Positions 8,575-16,783 of a DNA stretch of 19,303 nt are shown here, piece after piece. Numbering within the stretch: position 1 is the stretch's first letter; every line of letters begins with the position of its first letter. Below the pieces are notes generated by a model, which made no database searches, was not told the DNA's origin, and saw only the letters and a program-made list of their open reading frames with translations. Made by a program: the position numbers and the translations under genes. This DNA is from a virus. The stretch lies in UHGV virus genome UHGV-0121367; one strand, 5' to 3'.

Positions 8575-8922
8575 ATGACGATAGAAACATTCCCCTGGGG
8601 CATTAAGGTTTCCAGCCAGCCCACCGAGGGAAGCAAAGACACAGTCAGGAAGGTCCAGTTCGGCGACGGGTACGCACAGGTGAGCGGCTCCGGCCTGAAT
8701 GATGAGATTCGTACCTATGAATATTCCTTTTCAGGGGATCCGACTACAGCGAATGAAATTCACGCTTTCCTTCGGCGGCATAAAGTGAAGTCGTTTATTT
8801 TCACACCGCCTTTCGGCGATACCGCGCTGTGGCGTGTCGAGGCTGACACGCTAAAAAAGGTGGTTAAAAACGTAAAAGTGATAACCGTAACCGCAACGTT
8901 TGAACAGGCATTTGCACCATGA
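8575..8922 (+). CDS. M: Tail tip protein M
   Basis: 115-aa ORF similar to lambda gpM (VRKVQFGDGYAQ... motif), coupled to L by an ATGA overlap. Confidence 0.9.
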   Translation: MTIETFPWGIKVSSQPTEGSKDTVRKVQFGDGYAQVSGSGLNDEIRTYEYSFSGDPTTANEIHAFLRRHKVKSFIFTPPFGDTALWRVEADTLKKVVKNVKVITVTATFEQAFAP

Positions 8923-9674
8923 GTCTTAATGCTGATTATCAAAAACTCGAGCCGGGCAATGAAGTCCGGCTTTTTTCTGTCGATGGCACAGCGTTCGGTA
9001 TGTCAGATGTACTCCGCTTCCACGCACATAACATCGCGCATACCCCGGAAGAGATTGAGGCTGCTGGCGGTGATGAAAATAAACTGCCAGCAAAATCTAT
9101 CTGGTGGCAGGGTGAGGAGTATAAAGCGTGGCCATGCCAGATTGATGGGATCGAAGCTTCAACCTCGGGAAGTAGTGCCCAGCCAAAACTTTCGGTTGCT
9201 AACCTCGACAGTTCGATCACCGCGCTTTGCCTGGCTTACGACGATATGCTGCAGGCGAAGGTGACGATACATGACACCCTTGGTAAGTATCTTGATGCGA
9301 GAAACTTCACCGGAGGCAATCCGACAGCCGATCCGACCCAGGAGAAGCTGAAGGTTTTCTACATCGATGCAAAGAGCAGTGAAACCAATGAAGTTGTTGA
9401 GTTCACACTATCCAGCCCGATGGACCTGCAGGGGCAAATGATCCCGACGCGACAGCTTCATTCCCTGTGTACCTGGTGCATCCGGAATAAATATCGTACC
9501 GGCGACGGCTGCGACTATGCCGGCACCCGCTATTTCGATAAAAACAACAACCCGGTAAGCGATCCGTCGCTGGATGAATGCAACGGAACGCTGACGGCCT
9601 GCAAACTTCGGTTCGGTGAAAACAACGAACTCTCGTTTGGTGGGTTCCCGGGTACGTCGCTGATCAGGAGCTGA
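8919..9674 (+). CDS. L: Tail tip protein L (C-terminal Cys cluster typical of lambda gpL)
   Basis: 251-aa ORF. The C-terminal cysteines (CTWC...C...C...C) resemble the lambda gpL Fe-S-binding region. Position between M and K. Confidence 0.9.
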   Translation: MSLNADYQKLEPGNEVRLFSVDGTAFGMSDVLRFHAHNIAHTPEEIEAAGGDENKLPAKSIWWQGEEYKAWPCQIDGIEASTSGSSAQPKLSVANLDSSITALCLAYDDMLQAKVTIHDTLGKYLDARNFTGGNPTADPTQEKLKVFYIDAKSSETNEVVEFTLSSPMDLQGQMIPTRQLHSLCTWCIRNKYRTGDGCDYAGTRYFDKNNNPVSDPSLDECNGTLTACKLRFGENNELSFGGFPGTSLIRS

Positions 9675-9675
9675 T

Positions 9676-10386
9676 ATGCGCCAGAAAACCATTGATGCCA
9701 TCATGGCACACGCTGCAGCGGAATATCCGCGAGAGTGCTGCGGCGTGGTGGCACAGAAAAGCCGGGTTGAGCGCTATTTTCCCTGTCGTAATCTCGCAGC
9801 AGAGCCGACTGAACATTTTCACCTGTCCCCCGAAGATTACGCAGCGGCAGAAGACTGGGGGACGGTGGTGGCCATTGTTCACAGCCATCCTGATGCGACG
9901 ACGCAGGCCAGCGAGCTGGATAAGGCGCAGTGTGATGCAACGCTGCTGCCCTGGCATATTGTGAGCTGGCCAGAGGGGGATTTACGTACCATTCAGCCAC
10001 GCGGGGAGCTGCCATTGCTGGAGCGTCCGTTCGTGCTTGGCCACTTCGATTGCTGGGGTCTGGTAATGAGCTATTTCCGGCAGACCCACGGTATCGAGCT
10101 CCACGATTACCGGGTGGATTATCCCTGGTGGGAAAACGACTACCCGGACAATTTCTATCAGGAGTGCTGGTACGAGTGCGGATTCAGGGAGTTTGATGGC
10201 CCGCCTCAGGAAGGGGACCTCATCATCATGCAGGTCCAGGCCGATAAGTGGAATCACGCGGGGATCCTGCTTGAGGGCAATATGCTACTGCATCATTTGT
10301 ACGGTCATCTTAGCCAGCGCGTGCCATATGGTGGCTACTGGCAGGAAAGAACAATGAAAGTACTTCGGTACAAAGTATTTTGTTAA
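9676..10386 (+). CDS. K: Tail tip assembly protein K (N-terminal JAB/MPN metalloprotease-like domain plus C-terminal NlpC/P60-like domain)
   Basis: 236-aa ORF with an AGGAG RBS. The JAMM-type motif HSHPDATTQASELD (HxHx7Sx2D) is present. A downstream Cys/His-containing region (GHFDCWGLV ... NHAGILL) is consistent with an NlpC/P60 fold, as in lambda gpK. Confidence 0.9.
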   Translation: MRQKTIDAIMAHAAAEYPRECCGVVAQKSRVERYFPCRNLAAEPTEHFHLSPEDYAAAEDWGTVVAIVHSHPDATTQASELDKAQCDATLLPWHIVSWPEGDLRTIQPRGELPLLERPFVLGHFDCWGLVMSYFRQTHGIELHDYRVDYPWWENDYPDNFYQECWYECGFREFDGPPQEGDLIIMQVQADKWNHAGILLEGNMLLHHLYGHLSQRVPYGGYWQERTMKVLRYKVFC

Positions 10387-10473
10387 TTCTATAGTGGTTA
10401 AGTTGTTAATTACTCACTCCATAACTTCATGTTAGTATTCCTCTGATATTTTCAATGAAAGGGAAGCTTAATT

Positions 10474-10869
10474 GTGAAAAAAATATTGTTCTCTGGTCTT
10501 GTGGTGCTTGCCACCGCTGGATGTGCTGATAATAGGCCAATGCCGGTATTAGATACTAAGCCTGTCACATGTTCATCAGAGGCTGAATGTAGTTATCTTT
10601 GGTCGAAGGTTCCTCAGCATTTGGAGTTTGCAACAAAAATGAGAGTAGAATCAGCTAACGATACATTTATAACAACATTCCCACCTATTGATACAAGGCA
10701 ACTTGCAGGACGGGCATCTAAGGTTAAACAGTCCGGCGATACGGCAATAAATGCTGAATTCCAATGCCATCGACATTATGGGCAGAAGGATTGTGAAAGG
10801 GCGGTAATTAATGCTACAAATTTCTTTAATCAAGCAATGAGCATTGAAAAGAAACATTTTAATAAATAA
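10474..10869 (+). CDS. Moron-encoded probable outer-membrane lipoprotein of unknown function (131 aa, GTG start)
   Basis: N-terminus MKKILFSGLVVLATAGC has a signal peptide and lipobox-like TAGC. Residue +2 is Ala, so outer-membrane sorting is expected by the E. coli rule. Four further Cys. The gene is clearly AT-richer than its flanks (by eye) and is followed by a strong intrinsic terminator. It is inserted between K and I, which are adjacent in lambda. Confidence 0.7.
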   Translation: MKKILFSGLVVLATAGCADNRPMPVLDTKPVTCSSEAECSYLWSKVPQHLEFATKMRVESANDTFITTFPPIDTRQLAGRASKVKQSGDTAINAEFQCHRHYGQKDCERAVINATNFFNQAMSIEKKHFNK

Positions 10870-10893
10870 ACACCTAAATAAATCAACCAAATT

Positions 10894-10917
10894 AAACCGC
10901 TTCGGCGGTTTTTTTTT
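10894..10917 (+). terminator. Rho-independent terminator after the lipoprotein moron
   Basis: Stem aaaccgc (10894-10900), UUCG-type loop ttcg, stem gcggttt (10905-10911), then a T-run to 10917. Confidence 0.8.
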
Positions 10918-10932
10918 ACGTGGGGGGATTAT

Positions 10933-11520
10933 ATGCAAGAGGTCATGAGTCGAATTGAATTAGGCAGTGTTCTTGGAAAAACGTTTGGCAAAGTTCACTA
11001 CCGTCTGATATCCCGCGTAAGCGAAGCAGGCGTTGCACTCGCAAAAACCATTCCTGGATTTGAGCAGTTTATGATTTCCAGCCAACGCCGTGGGCTCACA
11101 TACTCCGTGTTTAAGGGTAAAAAAAACATCGGTGTGGATGACCTTGGCTTCCCGATTACCGGCGAGGTTATTCGCATTGTTCCGGTAATCATCGGGAGTA
11201 AAAAAGCCGGTTTGATTCAAACTATCCTGGGCGCAGTATTAGTGATTGCATCGATCTGGATGCCAGGTCTGAGTATAGCTGCCAGCAATATGATGTTTGC
11301 TGCTGGTGCGTCCATAACGCTGGGGGGGGTAGTTCAGATGTTATCCCCTCAGGCTACAGGGCTGGCCAGCAAACAGAGCTCAGATAACCGCGCCTCATAC
11401 GCGTTCGGCGGAGTCACAAACACCGCTGCGCAGGGCTACCCGGTACCACTTCTTTATGGTCGCCGGCGAATCGGCGGTGCGATTATTTCTGGCGGGATAT
11501 ATGTCGAAGATCAGCAGTAA
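10933..11520 (+). CDS. I: Tail tip assembly protein I
   Basis: 195-aa ORF. The central and C-terminal parts (hydrophobic Gly/Ala-rich segment ...LGGVVQMLSPQA..., then ...AQGYPVPLLYGRRRIGG...) match lambda gpI. The N-terminus is shorter and divergent. Confidence 0.85.
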   Translation: MQEVMSRIELGSVLGKTFGKVHYRLISRVSEAGVALAKTIPGFEQFMISSQRRGLTYSVFKGKKNIGVDDLGFPITGEVIRIVPVIIGSKKAGLIQTILGAVLVIASIWMPGLSIAASNMMFAAGASITLGGVVQMLSPQATGLASKQSSDNRASYAFGGVTNTAAQGYPVPLLYGRRRIGGAIISGGIYVEDQQ

Positions 11521-11540
11521 GCTAAGTTAAGGAGATGTGT

Positions 11541-11690
11541 ATGTCTTTTGAGTCACGAGTAGAAAAAACTGAAAATGAAACATCTGAAGTTAATGAAACG
11601 GTCCCGCATGAGACCGTAGAGTACGATGCTTCAATGACATTAGGCGTCAATAAGCTTCATATTTTTGACGATGTCTTGAATTTGTGGTGA
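11541..11690 (+). CDS. Small acidic hypothetical protein (49 aa) in the AT-rich I-J island
   Basis: ATG at 11541 with AAGGAG at 11528-11533 (7-nt spacer). Translation MSFESRVEKTENETSEVNETVPHETVEYDASMTLGVNKLHIFDDVLNLW is about 30 percent Asp/Glu. Too short for the ORF track. Its 3' end overlaps the convergent minus-strand ORF by 51 nt. Confidence 0.35.
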   Translation: MSFESRVEKTENETSEVNETVPHETVEYDASMTLGVNKLHIFDDVLNLW

Positions 11691-11855
11691 GTTTGTCTTT
11701 GATAGGATTTCAATAACTTGTTGCCTTGTATCTACTGGCAATGCTGCTGTTAATACCATTGTAACTTGTCTTAGAGCCACAATTTCTAAAGCGATTTCTC
11801 TAGGAATATTTTCGTCAAGAGTAAATCTAAAATCCACGAACTTTTCTTCGATCAT
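11640..11855 (-). CDS. Hypothetical 71-aa protein encoded antisense to the late operon in the I-J island
   Basis: ORF track 11640..11855 (-). ATG preceded by GGAG with a 7-nt spacer on the minus strand. AT-rich codon usage unlike the flanking tail genes. No signal peptide and no family I can recognise. Confidence 0.45.
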   Translation of the reverse strand: MIEEKFVDFRFTLDENIPREIALEIVALRQVTMVLTAALPVDTRQQVIEILSKTNSPQIQDIVKNMKLIDA

Positions 11856-11986
11856 CTTATTACTCCATTTTAACCGGGTACTTCAGCCATCCCTCGGTCA
11901 GTTAACGCCAGAGGCCTACCACTGGCGGGCTGAGCTTACACATTAACCAGGGATTCCTGTTACCAACAGCCTGATATTTAAACAGT

Positions 11987-12010
11987 AGCCGCCTTCGGGT
12001 GGCTTTTTTT
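11987..12010 (+). terminator. Rho-independent terminator on + strand immediately upstream of J
   Basis: Stem agccgcc (11987-11993), loop ttcg, stem ggtggct (11998-12004, one G:U pair), then a T-run 12004-12010. The J start codon is at 12022. Confidence 0.7.
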
Positions 12011-12021
12011 ATGGACGCGAT

Positions 12022-15000
12022 ATGGCTACAGAGAAAGTATTAAAGGGGCGCAAAGGCGGCAAATCCAGTTCACGAACTCCTACCGAACAGCCTGATGATC
12101 TGCAATCTGTAGCGAAGGCAAAAATCCTCGTTGCGCTTGGGGAAGGGGAGTTCGCAGGGCAGCTAACCGGCAAAGATATCTACCTGGACGGAACGGCGCT
12201 GGAGAATGCCGACGGTTCCCAAAACTTCAGCGGCGTGACGTGGGAGTTTCGCGCGGGGACGCAGGCTCAAAAATATATTCAGGGTATTCCCGGTACCGAA
12301 AACGAAATCAGCGTGGGAACTGAGGTATCAAGCGCTACAGCCTGGACGCGCACGTTTACCAATACGCAGCTTTCAGCAGTTCGTCTGCGTCTGAAATGGC
12401 CCTCGCTTTTCAAACAGGAAGACGACGGAGATCTGGTGGGTTACTCGGTCAATTATGCGATTGACCTGCAGACGGACGGCGGCACATGGCAGACGGTACT
12501 CAATACCAGCGTGACCGGCAAAACGACGTCTGGTTATGAGCGCAGCCACCGTATCGATTTACCGCAAGCTGGCAGCACCTGGACAATACGTCTGCGTAAG
12601 ATTACCTCTGATGCCAACAGCGCGAAGATCGGCGACACGATGACGCTGCAGAGCTTCACCGAGGTGATTGACGCCAAGTTACGATATCCAAACACAGCGC
12701 TACTCTACATCGAATTCGATTCAAGTCAGTTTAACGGCTCTATCCCGCAGATCTCCTGCGAGCCCCGCGGCCGTGTTATCCGCGTTCCAGATACCTACGA
12801 CCCTGAAACCCGCACTTATAGCGGTACATGGACCGGTGCGTTTAAGTGGGCATGGACGGATAACCCTGCGTGGATTTTTTACGATCTGGTTGTTTCTGAC
12901 CGGTTCGGCCTCGGGCACCGTTTGACCGCTGCGAATATTGATAAATGGACGCTTTATCAGGTTGCCCAGTATTGTGATCAGATGGTACCAGACGGCAAAG
13001 GGGGCAACGGTACCGAACCACGTTATACCTGCAACGTGTACATCCAGGACCGAAACGACGCTTATACAGTCCTGCGTGATTTTGCGGCCATATTCCGTGG
13101 CATGACGTACTGGGGAGGCGATCAGATCGTTGCTCTGGCCGATATGCCCCGAGATGTTGATTACAGCTACACGCGCGCCAACGTTGTTGGCGGTCGCTTC
13201 ACCTATTCAAGCAGCACCACGAAAACCCGCTACACCACAGCGCTGGTTTCATGGTCAGACCCGGGTAACGCTTATGCCGACGCGATGGAGCCGGTATTTG
13301 AGCAGGCGCTGGTAGCGCGATACGGCTTCAATCAGCTGGAAATGACAGCCATCGGCTGCACCAGGCAGTCAGAAGCGAACCGAAAGGGGCGCTGGGGCAT
13401 TCTCACCAACAACAAGGATCGCGTTGTTTCGTTTGATGTCGGGCTGGACGGAAACATTCCGCAGCCTGGCTACATCATCGCCGTGGAAGACGAGCTGCTT
13501 TCCGGAAAGGTTATGGGCGGCCGCATCAGCGCCGTTAACGGTCGCGTTATCAAACTTGACCGCGTAGCTGATGCAGCACCAGGTGATCGCCTTATTCTCA
13601 ACCTGCCTTCCGGAGCGTCGCAGAGCAGGACCATTCAGGCCGTGAACGGGGAATCAGTCACAGTCACCACGGCATACAGTGAGACGCCACAGGCCGAAGC
13701 TGTTTGGGTGGTTGAATCTGACGAGCTTTACGCGCAGCAATATCGCGTTATCAGCGTTACGGATAATAATGACGGAACGTATTCGATTGCTGGCGCTTTG
13801 CACGATCCGGATAAATATGCGCGTATCGATACCGGTGCCATTATCGACCAGCGGCCAATAAGTGTAATTCCGCCCGGTAATCAGTCCCCGCCAGCTAATA
13901 TCGCGATCAGTTCGTTTTCTGTCGTTCAGCAGAATATCAGCGTTGAGACCATGCGCGTCAGCTGGGACCAGGCGAAAAATGCTATCGCGTATGAGGCACA
14001 GTGGCGTCGCAATGACGGGAACTGGGTGAATGTGCCGCGCAGCTCCACCACGTCATTCGATGTTCCGGGGATTTATGCAGGACGCTACCTGGTTCGCGTG
14101 CGTGCCATCAATGCCGCCGAAATTTCATCTGGGTGGGGCTATTCAGAAGAGAAAACGTTGACGGGTAAAGTGGGAAACCCACCGAAGCCGGTTGGCTTCA
14201 TCGCTTCTGAAAACGTGGTATTCGGTATCGAGCTGAACTGGGGATTCCCGGCGAATACCGAAGACACGCTGAAGACGGAAATTCAGTATAGCCTGACCGG
14301 TACCGAGGACGATGCAATGCTGCTGGCCGATGTGCCTTACCCGCAGCGCAAATATCAGCAGATGGGCCTTAAGGCTGGGCAGATTTTCTGGTACCGCGCG
14401 CAACTTGTTGACCGGACCGGTAACGAATCGGGGTATACCGACTGGGTGCGCGGGCAGGCGAGCACCGATGTTTCAGAAATTACGGATGCAATATTCAAAG
14501 AGATTCAGGAAACAGAGGTTTTCAAAAACCTGATCGCCACTGTAGATGAGGATACCAAAAATATTGCCGAACTGACTGATGCGGTCCGGGAAAATGCCGA
14601 CGCGCTGGCAGCTGCAATTATTGACGGGAAACAAACTGCAGAGGATTTGAAATCCAGTACTGAAAATCTGGCAGCAGCGATTCGTGAAAATGCAGATAGT
14701 CTTGCCGCGGCGGTTTCATCTAACAAACAGACCGCTGAAGCTATTATTGCCAATTCTCTCGCGATTACTGATGTCGTATTGCGTCAGACCGCCCAAAACG
14801 GCGCTAATACGGCGCAATTCGAGCAACTACGGGAAGTTGTAGCGACAGAAACTGAAGCTCGCGTGACCGATGTTACCCGTCTCGAAGCTAAGACGAAGGA
14901 TAACGCGGCGGGCATCACTGAGGTTCGACAAGCACTTGCTGATGAAACTCAAGCCCGCGCAACTGCTGTCGATCAGCTTACTGCTGCTACGGACGCGGCG

Positions 15001-16479
15001 GGTAAGGTTGGCGCACAGAACAGCGCGGATATCACATCACTTACCCAAGTTGTTACAGATAGCACCTCTGCGGCCGCTTCACGATTTGATGAGCTTAGCG
15101 CTGCTACTGCCAGCGCTGCGGGCGGCATTCAGAGTAATGCCATCGCTCTGATTAACAACACGTTAGCTCAGGTTAGCCAGCGCAACACCATGACGGTTCA
15201 GTACCTGGACAACAAGGCCGGGATCGAGCGCACACAGGAAGCCATAGCCAACGAGACCGAAGCCCGTGTTGCTGATGTACTGCGCCTTGAAGCTACTACA
15301 GAGCACAACGCAGCTGATATCATTGAAGTGCGTCAAGCTATGTCTGACGAGTCTCAAGCAGTCGCGACGCGTCTTAATGAACTCAATGCTGCTACTAAGA
15401 CTGCCGACTCTAAAGCGGACGCGGCGGGTAAGGTTGGCGCACAAAATGCAGCGAAAATCACAGCGCTTGAGCAGGTTGTGACAGATACAGAATCAGCTAC
15501 AGCGCTGCGACTCGACGAGCTTTCTGCTGCTACTAAAGCTGCCAGCGATAAAGCAGATGAGGCGGAACAAGCCAGTACTCGCAATGCCGCAGAAATCAGC
15601 GAGTTGGATCAAGTGGTCACGGATTTGGACAGCGCCACAGCGTTACGTTTTGACGAAATCTCAGCAGAAATCGCAGATCAGAGCAGTAATGTGGGCGTCA
15701 TTAAAGGAGGCATTCAGAATAACGCGATTGCAGTAATTCAGCAGACGTTAGCGCAGGTGAATCAGTCGCAGCGAATGAGTGTGCAGTACGGCGACAATAA
15801 AGCAGGGATCGAACGTGTCGATAACGTGATGGCTGATGCAAGCCTGGCTGTGGCTGAGTCACTCAAAACGCTGGATTCAAGTGCAGGAGGTGGTACTGCA
15901 AATACGACTGATTTTGCAAAAACTCTTGCGGATTTCACGCAGGCGTCAGCAACGCGGATTAACTCGCTGACAGTGTCAGTTAATGGGCAGACGACAGTAA
16001 TTGAACAGAACGCACGGGCGGTTGCAGATATCAGCGGAAATCTGAATGCGATGTACAGTATTAAAGTCGCTATCGACTCGAACGGACGGCAATACGCTGC
16101 CGGAATGGGTATCGGAGTCGAAAATACGCCAGCAGGTATGCAGTCGCAGGTGCTGTTCCTGGCTAACCGCTTTGCTGTTATGACTCAGGCCGGTGGTGCG
16201 GTCACGCTGCCATTCGTTATTCAGAATGGCCAGGCCATTATCAGGGATACAGTCATTGGCGACGGGACCATAAGCAATGCAAAAATTGGCAATTACATCC
16301 AGTCGAACAATTATGTTGCCGGCTCTGTTGGCTGGAAACTGGATAAGTCCGGGACGTTTGAGAACTACGGTTCGACAGCTGGGGAGGGAGCCATGAAGCA
16401 GACCAACCAGACAATCAGCGTCAAGGATGGCAACAACGTTCTGAGAGTGCAGGTTGGCCGATTAACGGGGGTGTTCTGA
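12022..16479 (+). CDS. J: Tail tip attachment / host specificity protein J (central tail fibre), enlarged relative to lambda J
   Basis: 1485-aa ORF. The N-terminal two thirds are collinear with lambda gpJ motifs (...YPNTALL...QISCEPRGRVIRVPDTYDPETRTYSGTWTG...YCDQMVPDGKGG...). A long Ala-rich repeat region follows, and the C-terminal region is unlike the lambda LamB-binding end. Confidence 0.95.
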   Translation: MATEKVLKGRKGGKSSSRTPTEQPDDLQSVAKAKILVALGEGEFAGQLTGKDIYLDGTALENADGSQNFSGVTWEFRAGTQAQKYIQGIPGTENEISVGTEVSSATAWTRTFTNTQLSAVRLRLKWPSLFKQEDDGDLVGYSVNYAIDLQTDGGTWQTVLNTSVTGKTTSGYERSHRIDLPQAGSTWTIRLRKITSDANSAKIGDTMTLQSFTEVIDAKLRYPNTALLYIEFDSSQFNGSIPQISCEPRGRVIRVPDTYDPETRTYSGTWTGAFKWAWTDNPAWIFYDLVVSDRFGLGHRLTAANIDKWTLYQVAQYCDQMVPDGKGGNGTEPRYTCNVYIQDRNDAYTVLRDFAAIFRGMTYWGGDQIVALADMPRDVDYSYTRANVVGGRFTYSSSTTKTRYTTALVSWSDPGNAYADAMEPVFEQALVARYGFNQLEMTAIGCTRQSEANRKGRWGILTNNKDRVVSFDVGLDGNIPQPGYIIAVEDELLSGKVMGGRISAVNGRVIKLDRVADAAPGDRLILNLPSGASQSRTIQAVNGESVTVTTAYSETPQAEAVWVVESDELYAQQYRVISVTDNNDGTYSIAGALHDPDKYARIDTGAIIDQRPISVIPPGNQSPPANIAISSFSVVQQNISVETMRVSWDQAKNAIAYEAQWRRNDGNWVNVPRSSTTSFDVPGIYAGRYLVRVRAINAAEISSGWGYSEEKTLTGKVGNPPKPVGFIASENVVFGIELNWGFPANTEDTLKTEIQYSLTGTEDDAMLLADVPYPQRKYQQMGLKAGQIFWYRAQLVDRTGNESGYTDWVRGQASTDVSEITDAIFKEIQETEVFKNLIATVDEDTKNIAELTDAVRENADALAAAIIDGKQTAEDLKSSTENLAAAIRENADSLAAAVSSNKQTAEAIIANSLAITDVVLRQTAQNGANTAQFEQLREVVATETEARVTDVTRLEAKTKDNAAGITEVRQALADETQARATAVDQLTAATDAAGKVGAQNSADITSLTQVVTDSTSAAASRFDELSAATASAAGGIQSNAIALINNTLAQVSQRNTMTVQYLDNKAGIERTQEAIANETEARVADVLRLEATTEHNAADIIEVRQAMSDESQAVATRLNELNAATKTADSKADAAGKVGAQNAAKITALEQVVTDTESATALRLDELSAATKAASDKADEAEQASTRNAAEISELDQVVTDLDSATALRFDEISAEIADQSSNVGVIKGGIQNNAIAVIQQTLAQVNQSQRMSVQYGDNKAGIERVDNVMADASLAVAESLKTLDSSAGGGTANTTDFAKTLADFTQASATRINSLTVSVNGQTTVIEQNARAVADISGNLNAMYSIKVAIDSNGRQYAAGMGIGVENTPAGMQSQVLFLANRFAVMTQAGGAVTLPFVIQNGQAIIRDTVIGDGTISNAKIGNYIQSNNYVAGSVGWKLDKSGTFENYGSTAGEGAMKQTNQTISVKDGNNVLRVQVGRLTGVF
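14584..14745 (+). repeat. Short 96-bp (32-aa) direct repeat in J encoding RENAD(A/S)LAAA...KQTAE
   Basis: cgggaaaatgccgacgcgctggcagctgca at about 14587 and cgtgaaaatgcagatagtcttgccgcggcg at about 14683. Confidence 0.6.
14849..15830 (+). repeat. Diverged in-frame tandem repeats inside J (unit about 405-426 bp, two to three copies)
   Basis: Near-identical 23-mer gcggcgggtaaggttggcgcaca at 14995 and 15421 (period 426 bp). Related blocks gaaactgaagctcgcgtgaccgatgtta (14849) and gagaccgaagcccgtgttgctgatgta (15253). A third partial copy around 15560-15830 repeats the ...IQ(S/N)NAIA(L/V)I..TLAQV.Q...M.VQY.DNKAGIER... module. Confidence 0.8.
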
Positions 16480-16480
16480 T

Positions 16481-16783
16481 ATGGCTTATGGAATACAGAC
16501 CTGGGATGCTTCGGGAAACCCCAACAACTACGGAATCAAGCCCGTTTCCGTTGTTGGACGTATACAACTTGCCGCCGGACAAAACTCCGGCAGCTGGTCT
16601 TTCACTGTACCCTCAGGAATGAAGGTCGGTTTTGCGCTCTCACTTGATGAAGGAGGTAACAGCGTAGGGAGGAGCATTGTCGCGTCAGGGAACACAATAA
16701 CCGTAACCGCAGCCTCTTCTGTGGGCCTGGGTAATTACCCGGCCTCTAAATGTGAGGTGGTCGTTTTCATGGAGAAAGCATAA
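16481..16783 (+). CDS. Hypothetical protein (100 aa) translationally coupled to J, likely tail-associated
   Basis: The start is 2 nt after the J stop. Codon usage is like the flanking structural genes. It shares the motifs G-x-x-x-W-D-A-S-G and S-G-S-W with the downstream ORF. Confidence 0.7.
   Translation: MAYGIQTWDASGNPNNYGIKPVSVVGRIQLAAGQNSGSWSFTVPSGMKVGFALSLDEGGNSVGRSIVASGNTITVTAASSVGLGNYPASKCEVVVFMEKA

Noticed and set aside
8929-9264. 111-aa + strand ORF in an alternative frame of L
   Set aside because: It overlaps the well-supported L frame and its Arg/Ser-rich translation looks like an out-of-frame artefact.
12668-15584. Several ORFs of 60-93 aa in alternative frames or antisense within J
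   Set aside because: All are embedded in the continuous 1485-codon J frame. The Ala-rich repeat region naturally gives open alternative frames.
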